Virus record (IMG/VR): IMGVR_UViG_3300031669_000007
Location: 1-64,000 of that record
Length of the DNA: 64,000 nucleotides
Strand: one strand, 5' to 3'
DNA from: a virus
The notes under the pieces are model-generated. The model saw only the letters and a program-made list of their open reading frames with translations. It searched no databases and was not told the DNA's origin. A program made the position numbers and the translations under genes. Each line of letters begins with the position of its first letter. Position 1 is the stretch's first letter. Positions 58,173 to 64,000 of the stretch are shown piece by piece.

Positions 58173-58785
58173 TCTTAAATTCCCACAACGAGTTTTTCTC
58201 TTGTTCTGCTATTAAATTCATATGGACCACAACAAGGTGAGCATATCCAACAGCATGTGCTTTCTTGAAGGTGTATCCATCGTCTGTTTTATCCCATATT
58301 GTTTTTGCAATCTCTGCCCAACTCTTTCCTTGCAAGTGTTTCTTTCCTGGACGGATCAATGCTAGGAACATAGCCATGCGTGGTATTGAATTGATTGGTT
58401 CCGGCAGCTTGCTTATCGTTTCGTGATAATTGCCAATGTGTATTAACTGCTCGCAAAAGTCTTTCTCAAGCAATCGTGTCCACGGCGGATCAGTAAGCAT
58501 CAGTTTCAACAAGTGTGCCTCTGATTGAACTTTTTCATATACTGATACATTGAGTAGGTCTACTTTAAAATACCCGCGTTCTTCCGCTGCCTTATAGTCA
58601 ATTGTTGCCAAGTTATTTACATCGTGCGGTATGTCTGTAAAATATACACCGGTCGCATGTTTACTAAGAGCTGCATCTGTTCTTATCATGCTCGCGTTGA
58701 TATGCTTGAGATGAGCCAAAGCAGCATCTCTGCTGCCAAAGTCTATGTCGATGTCACCTTTAAATTTTTTAATTTCTTCGCTCAT
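58153..58785 (-). CDS. Minimal DNA polymerase III alpha (DnaE)-like protein
   Basis: GDIDIDF, KHATGV, GYFKVDLL, ALIRPG, YTFKKAHAVGYA. Confidence 0.85.
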   Translation of the reverse strand: MSEEIKKFKGDIDIDFGSRDAALAHLKHINASMIRTDAALSKHATGVYFTDIPHDVNNLATIDYKAAEERGYFKVDLLNVSVYEKVQSEAHLLKLMLTDPPWTRLLEKDFCEQLIHIGNYHETISKLPEPINSIPRMAMFLALIRPGKKHLQGKSWAEIAKTIWDKTDDGYTFKKAHAVGYAHLVVVHMNLIAEQEKNSLWEFKNENKTN

Positions 58786-59037
58786 GCTGTAATAAACTCC
58801 AACGGACGTGGTTCTATTCTTATTTCTACGGGAAACCTCGGTAAACTCTCGTCTAACTCTTCGTCACAGTATATACCGTCAGCTACAATGTTATCACCTA
58901 AGAAATAAACAAACTTCTCTATCGACGGCCGCGATGCTCCTGAGTCAAATATAATAAAGTATATACGGGTCAGGATTCTTCATCGCTGCTAAAATCTGCT
59001 TTGAAAATCTTGCCGTTACGTTGGTTACTCCATTCAT
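58782..59037 (-). pseudogene. Frameshifted small gene
   Basis: ATGA overlaps at both ends; 256 bp; frames join near TATATA at 58960-58965. Confidence 0.55.
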
Positions 59038-60046
59038 TGCTGATACCTTAGAATAAACATTGTTTCGTCTTCTGGCTTATCAAATACTAACTTTGCTTTA
59101 AATGCCATTCTATGAAAATCGTAGTATTCTTGTACGACATAATTCCCAGGATAATTTTTTTGCATTTGTTCTGCCACATATAGTATTGTATCCTCTTTGC
59201 CAGGATTGAATGTTTTCTCTGAGTAGATCTTATCTAAATATCTGTTATAGTTCATGCTTTATTCTCAATGACGATTATCTTCCCCACCGCAGTGAGAACA
59301 ACGTCGCATCTATATCGTTAAAAAATCTAATGCCTGATCTTCCTGTCCCATCGTTTGCTTCCCCTATAGTCCAACGCTGTTCATCTGGAAGCGGAGGATT
59401 AGGCATGTTTTCCTCTAACCACAAGCCTATATCTATCTCGGACTTACCCTTTGTTGCCGAGAAGTAAAATTCTAAATCAACCATTATGCCCACTTCAATG
59501 CGAACAATATCGCATCCTTCTCGTTGTCGAAGCACCACACTACTTCTCCTTCTTTGACACCTGCGTATGTAATCATACTGCTATCGTCATCATCAAGACA
59601 AGTATTTTCTTCGCACCACTTTGCCATCTCTTCCATTTTTGCATTTCGAGACTTTCCCCAAATTGAGTCTAATATAGTTGATACTCTGTGGTCACCAAAC
59701 AACGAATCTTTCTTCATGCTAACTCCACTTCAATAAAAACAAGGTAAACTGTTCTTCATCCATATATGCAGTCCACAGGGTTGATCCTTTGTATATTTCT
59801 ACGGTTAGACCAAATTTTCTATCGAGTAATCTCTTAATTTCTTCTATGCTTATTAACGCAGTAGAAAACTTGTTTGCGTTCATCTCAGATCTAAAGCAAT
59901 CATAAAACTTTGGATAATCCTGGAAATCAAACTGTATCATTTCCACCTTAATAAGAAAAGCATCAAGTCTTGTTCATTAACAAAATAATATGTATCACCA
60001 TTTACTATATACCAATCTGACTCTTTAAGATTGTCTTTCAACCAAT

Positions 60047-60121
60047 CATATCTATTTTCGAAAAGATCGCTGTTCGTTTTTCCATATCTATTTTCGAAAA
60101 GATCGCTGTTCGTTTTTCCAT
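60047..60121. repeat. In-frame 36-bp tandem duplication
   Basis: GKTNSDLFENRY twice, exact at DNA level. Confidence 0.95.
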
Positions 60122-60607
60122 GCAGCCTTGTCTTAAAGGGCCAAATCTTTTTATTCAATTCTCTCATAGCCAACGCAATGTAAACATTGTAGCATGAATT
60201 GGGTCACGAAAGTAGAAGATCATGCCGTCTCTATACCACATTTTTTCACCGAAAGTCTCCGTGCAATAGGGTTCATATTTGAATCCCTCTGACATAAATG
60301 CTCTTGTTGTCATCTCAACTCGAACCCAAAAGATTTCTTTCCACAATAGATGCAACGGCATACTTGTTATTGTTGTTAATTTATCGAACCAAGTCTCTTT
60401 TCTCATGTCAGCTACACTGTAAGATAAACAATGTTAGATCTTCTTCTGTATTAAATATTATCGAAAATACCAAGTCTTCTGCGACTTCAACCACATAGTT
60501 TCCTGGATATTGAGATTTGATGTAACTTTCAACTTTTTCTTGTAGTCTTGTATCTATGGGTTCTCCTCGAAATCGAGTAGAAACGTCTTTATATAAATTA
60601 TCTAATA

Positions 60608-60807
60608 TCATTGCCATCTCAACCTAAAAGCAATGCGTCGGGTTCGTATTTGAACCAAAAAAGAACAGAGGTTTGGAACGTGATTGGGTTTGTGACTCCT
60701 GCAGTTTTAAACCAATTATCCTCGCCTACTCCGTGATTTAACCACTCAACTATTTTTTCTCTGTTTTCCGTAACGCAGTCGGATGACAGTTGAACCTTAT
60801 ATTCCAT
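60608..60807 (-). pseudogene. FxLRW member with 1-nt frameshift in its motif
   Basis: Reads DALLLG*; one extra T in the run at 60626-60629 gives DALLFRLRWQ*. Confidence 0.7.
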
Positions 60808-61246
60808 TGTTACCCATCCACCGTAACGCGAAAATAGTTGCGTCCTCTGACTGACTAAACCAGAACCGTGTTCGACCAACTGAGTATGATCCATCGCTCT
60901 CATATTCCTCGCACCATCTCTGCATTTTACCAAACTCTTCGGGCATCAAGTGTTCAGCTATAGTCACTCTATACCAAGATCCTATCTGTTCCATATTTAA
61001 TGCGCCAGAATAGTTCATCTGCTGTGCCTTAATAAGAATAAAGTAGCATCTTCGTCATTTTGAAAATATACGCTAGAATAGCTAGATGTGTATTCAAGAT
61101 TGCCTTGATATTTTATATTGAACCAAGAAATCACAAATGAATATACCTCGGCGTTAGAAAAATCTTTACCCGCAACAATATCACATTCTCGACTGAATTC
61201 ATTTATAATTTTGTTAAGATCAAAGTTAGTAATTTTTGTCCCCATC

Positions 61247-61414
61247 TTATGACCACCGTAATAAAAATAAAGTCGCGCCTTGTTCACTCTCAAAATACCA
61301 ATCTTTACCACAAGCAATAAATGTATCTCTCCCGAAGTTTTTTATTGCCCATTGATATGCTGTATGCCAGGATGTATTATCCCACAATGACAAACCAGAA
61401 ACAACGTGTATCAT
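61247..61414 (-). CDS. FxLRW-family small protein (55 aa, absent from ORF track)
   Basis: MIHVVSG...WAIKNFG...FESEQGATLFLLRWS. Confidence 0.8.
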   Translation of the reverse strand: MIHVVSGLSLWDNTSWHTAYQWAIKNFGRDTFIACGKDWYFESEQGATLFLLRWS

Positions 61415-61654
61415 ACTAACTCCATTTCAGTAAGAACATAACAAGATCTGAGTCAGTTGCAAATTCCAACGATACTGTTTCTATCCAGGATGTACCGATT
61501 CCTTCATGCAGCACTCTATTTACCTTTACACTGTTTTCTTTTTCCATATATTTAATGTGGTCGTCTGGCACAAGGTGATAATACTGATGTCCGCCCTCAT
61601 TTCTATAAGCGTTTCGAAACGGAGTAGATATCTTTTCGATGGGGATTACTATGC

Positions 61655-62353
61655 TCATACTTTGGCCTCTATCAACACAGATTTAATAAACTCGGTGTCG
61701 GCAACATAGTCTTTGAATTTGCGATTCCAAAAGTCTGGGTCAATAAATCTGAAGATCAATGTGACTTGTTCTTCGTTTAGTCCAGATAAGAATGCTATGC
61801 CGCTATCGCAGTTATATAGAATCCACGGAGAGATACGACCATTGACTATCATATTGCATATCTTATTGGGTGCGCCTTCTCGGAAGATATTGTTAAACTG
61901 TTTGTCTGTATCGTCTGCCCAGTTCTGCATCTCAGTGAATGAACGCTCTAATGCATCATTGGGATGTTCTTTACGCAGATAGTCGTGTAAGTATTCGTCG
62001 TAGAACGATTCCTTCGTCCATTGATCTAACTTTTTGTTTTCTTTAATGATCCACGCAATAAACATAGGCACATTGATTGCGCGTATTTGCACCAAGTATT
62101 GACCAAACTTAACAAATGCAGAATAGTATGGCGAATCTACAAAGTCGGCATAGGTTTTGGTCTTTGCTGATCCCTGTGTCATCTCATAGAATTTGAGATA
62201 TGCTTGCATACCAAGTCTTACTCCTGATTCGTTCTCTTGCTGATATCTGCGTTTCTTTTCACACATATGAACAGACAGCGTAGAGAGTTTTCTAAAACTC
62301 TTCTCGCAGTATTTACAAGTATATTTTTCTACTGTTGCTTCAATATTTGCCAT
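61655..62353 (-). CDS. Zinc-finger-containing phage protein
   Basis: YTCKYCEKSF...HMC; GRISPW. Confidence 0.7.
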   Translation of the reverse strand: MANIEATVEKYTCKYCEKSFRKLSTLSVHMCEKKRRYQQENESGVRLGMQAYLKFYEMTQGSAKTKTYADFVDSPYYSAFVKFGQYLVQIRAINVPMFIAWIIKENKKLDQWTKESFYDEYLHDYLRKEHPNDALERSFTEMQNWADDTDKQFNNIFREGAPNKICNMIVNGRISPWILYNCDSGIAFLSGLNEEQVTLIFRFIDPDFWNRKFKDYVADTEFIKSVLIEAKV

Positions 62354-62583
62354 ACTTTATTCATTTCCATGTAGTCTACAACACAAACAAACCTATCTTC
62401 TGAAAGTTGTTTGACCGGCAACAGCCCATAAAAAATATATTCCCCGTTATCAACAATACTAGCTTTCTTCCCCAGACTTATTCCATTACTTCTTACTGTG
62501 AACGCAGAGAATATTGCTTGCTTGTCAACATAAGAACACACTGGCAAACTCTCTACATCAAGATCCACTTTAGTAGTTGTCAT
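62329..62583 (-). CDS. Hypothetical protein
   Basis: Ends EMNKVWQILKQQ. Confidence 0.55.
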   Translation of the reverse strand: MTTTKVDLDVESLPVCSYVDKQAIFSAFTVRSNGISLGKKASIVDNGEYIFYGLLPVKQLSEDRFVCVVDYMEMNKVWQILKQQ

Positions 62584-62750
62584 TTGATACTAGTCTTTTC
62601 TAGTTGTTTCCACATAGCTGAGTATCTTCCGAAGAAGATCAACAAAAAATGTTAGATGTTCGAGCAACTCGAAAAGGTGCTGCTGGAGATGCAGCAAGAA
62701 AAGAGTTAGAACAAAAAAGAATTCTTGAAGAAATTAGATCAAGAAATCGA

Positions 62751-63008
62751 TCAAGAAATTGATGATTCATCTTCTCTCATGAGAATCCAGATACCAAGAA
62801 TTGCACGAATTATAAATACAACTAATGCAGCAAGTGGACTAAAAATAATAGCAACTACTGCATAAAAAATACAGTTAAGTAAAAATTTAGTTGATGATTT
62901 TAAAGGGAAAATGCTTGGTTGTTCTTTAATGATTTCGAATACTTCTGCTATTATAAAGAAAAGAATTAAAGCAACAAAAACGGAAAGAACTGAATAAAGT
63001 GCTGACAT
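62751..63008 (-). CDS. Small membrane protein
   Basis: AAGGAG SD, TATAAATA at 63036-63043, 2-3 TM segments. Confidence 0.55.
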   Translation of the reverse strand: MSALYSVLSVFVALILFFIIAEVFEIIKEQPSIFPLKSSTKFLLNCIFYAVVAIIFSPLAALVVFIIRAILGIWILMREDESSIS

Positions 63009-63038
63009 TAGTGACTCCTTAAAATTATGTAATAGTAT

Positions 63039-63221
63039 TTATACAAGTGTATCTGACCATTTTTTTAAATATTCAAGTTTCTCCGTTCTTCTCTGCTCTA
63101 TCTCCGGGTACTTAAGAATACAAAACTCTTTTATCTGTTTGAGCATATCTGCCAGTGCTTCGTCTGTCTCTGCCAATGCAACAATTTCTTCAACCTCTGA
63201 TGTTGTAAATATTTTCCCCAT
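63039..63221 (-). CDS. Small protein, paralogue of 63222-63419
   Basis: LAETDEALADML...ILK. Confidence 0.65.
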   Translation of the reverse strand: MGKIFTTSEVEEIVALAETDEALADMLKQIKEFCILKYPEIEQRRTEKLEYLKKWSDTLV

Positions 63222-63419
63222 TTAACCTGGTCCTGGATAGTCTGTTCCTTTAATTGCTGGTTGTCGATATCTCGGTGAACCTTTGAGAACATAATATACC
63301 TCGGCCTTATCCAAGAGTTCTTTCATTGCGGGATCAGTTTCTGCAAGTTGCATGATTCCCTTCATGGTGTTTATTCTCTTTTGTTCTTTTTTTACCCAAC
63401 CATCAATCCATGTTGCCAT
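63222..63419 (-). CDS. Small protein, paralogue of 63039-63221
   Basis: LAETDPAMKELL...VLK. Confidence 0.65.
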   Translation of the reverse strand: MATWIDGWVKKEQKRINTMKGIMQLAETDPAMKELLDKAEVYYVLKGSPRYRQPAIKGTDYPGPG

Positions 63420-63892
63420 TATCCAAGTTCTTTCTTAATCTGTTCTTTAGTCATTCCTAAATCTACGGCCAACTTTTTAATATCTGCCGCTGTGTTTAGA
63501 TTTGCCATTAGAGTAATGTCCTCTGCCTTCATTGTTGGATACATCTTTACTAAAAACTTTTCTGCCTTGTTGTTTGCTGCTGCCTTCTTAGGCGCTGCTA
63601 ACCACTGATGATTTTGATTGCCCATACCAGGAGAAATCGTTGATGCTGCGAGCCAGTTCAGTTTATCGTGTGCTTTTTTGATATCAAAAAAGTTTTTGTT
63701 CAATCGCAAGTTAGTCGACTGTAGATAATATTGCTGTAGTTCAGGAATACCGCTCACGCTTGAACCATATCGTATCATCAAGAAAGTGCTGAACTTTTTC
63801 TTTTCCTCATCTGTGAGACTATCGTAGAACTCGCGGTCTTTTGAATCAAGAGCCCGCATCTCTGATGCTACGCTAAGTCTATCAATTGCCAT
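63419..63892 (-). CDS. Conserved-type phage protein, possibly clamp-loader small subunit (gp62-like)
   Basis: F..FLMIRY.S...N...N...W pattern and size loosely recall gp62. Confidence 0.45.
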   Translation of the reverse strand: MAIDRLSVASEMRALDSKDREFYDSLTDEEKKKFSTFLMIRYGSSVSGIPELQQYYLQSTNLRLNKNFFDIKKAHDKLNWLAASTISPGMGNQNHQWLAAPKKAAANNKAEKFLVKMYPTMKAEDITLMANLNTAADIKKLAVDLGMTKEQIKKELG

Positions 63893-64000
63893 CTTTTATC
63901 ACATCCAAAAGTGTTCCGTTTTTTCTAAATCTGTCGATGAATATGTGGTCTCTTGAGTAATATGTCTTCAGCCATATAGTTTCGTCTTCGCTCATATATG

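Larger units (their letters stand above)
59034..61658 (-). other. Array C: 12 tandem FxLRW-family genes
   Basis: ORFs ending at 59034, 59275, 59484, 59719, 59937, 60164, 60408, 60619, 60797, 61015, 61247, 61416. Confidence 0.9.

Noticed and set aside
62584-62760. Protein-like plus-strand frame (SSEEDQQKMLDV...) and minus-strand tail AMWKQLEK, possibly an inversion remnant
   Set aside because: No convincing start, SD or flanking inverted repeats; too ambiguous
1-64000. CRISPR array, tRNA or rRNA genes
   Set aside because: No regularly spaced repeats or cloverleaf signatures seen by eye; tRNAscan-SE was not run
1-64000. Stop-codon reassignment
   Set aside because: Long conserved genes are intact in the standard code, and TAA, TAG and TGA all end genes

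Overview
This 64 kb window looks like part of a large, AT-rich, lytic dsDNA tailed phage (jumbo or distantly T4-like myovirus), gene-dense and mostly on the minus strand, using the standard genetic code. Recognisable core genes are class Ia ribonucleotide reductase (nrdA, nrdB), a DnaB/gp41-like helicase, a Zn-finger/Toprim primase, a 210-aa DnaE-like protein, RNase H, two exonucleases, an HD hydrolase, an AAA ATPase, a PAAR spike and two lytic transglycosylases. A host-takeover cluster encodes bS21, a small heat-shock protein with a ROSE-like thermometer, and ClpS; a PTH2-like gene lies nearby. The bS21 C-terminus hints at a betaproteobacterial host. Two promoter classes are visible: sigma70-type TTGAC(A/T)-N16/17-TATAAT and T4-late-like TAAATA boxes, many placed for leaderless mRNA. 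There are seven free-standing homing-endonuclease-like genes. The most striking feature is a late-promoter cassette (about 39.1-50.9 kb, plus outliers) of unrelated proteins sharing an N-terminal M-K-I-x-E-(I/F)...E peptide resembling the T4 capsid-targeting sequence. Its cargo includes two kinases, three ART-like paralogues, GNAT-like domains, a Pol-beta-type nucleotidyltransferase and an RNA-ligase-like enzyme, which suggests a virion-packaged, injected toolkit. Also notable are about 40 tiny proteins in tandem arrays that share only a C-terminal F-x-x-E-x-D-A-x-x-F-x-L-(R/K)-W helix. No tRNA, rRNA or CRISPR array was seen. All calls come from reading motifs by eye; no database searches were run.
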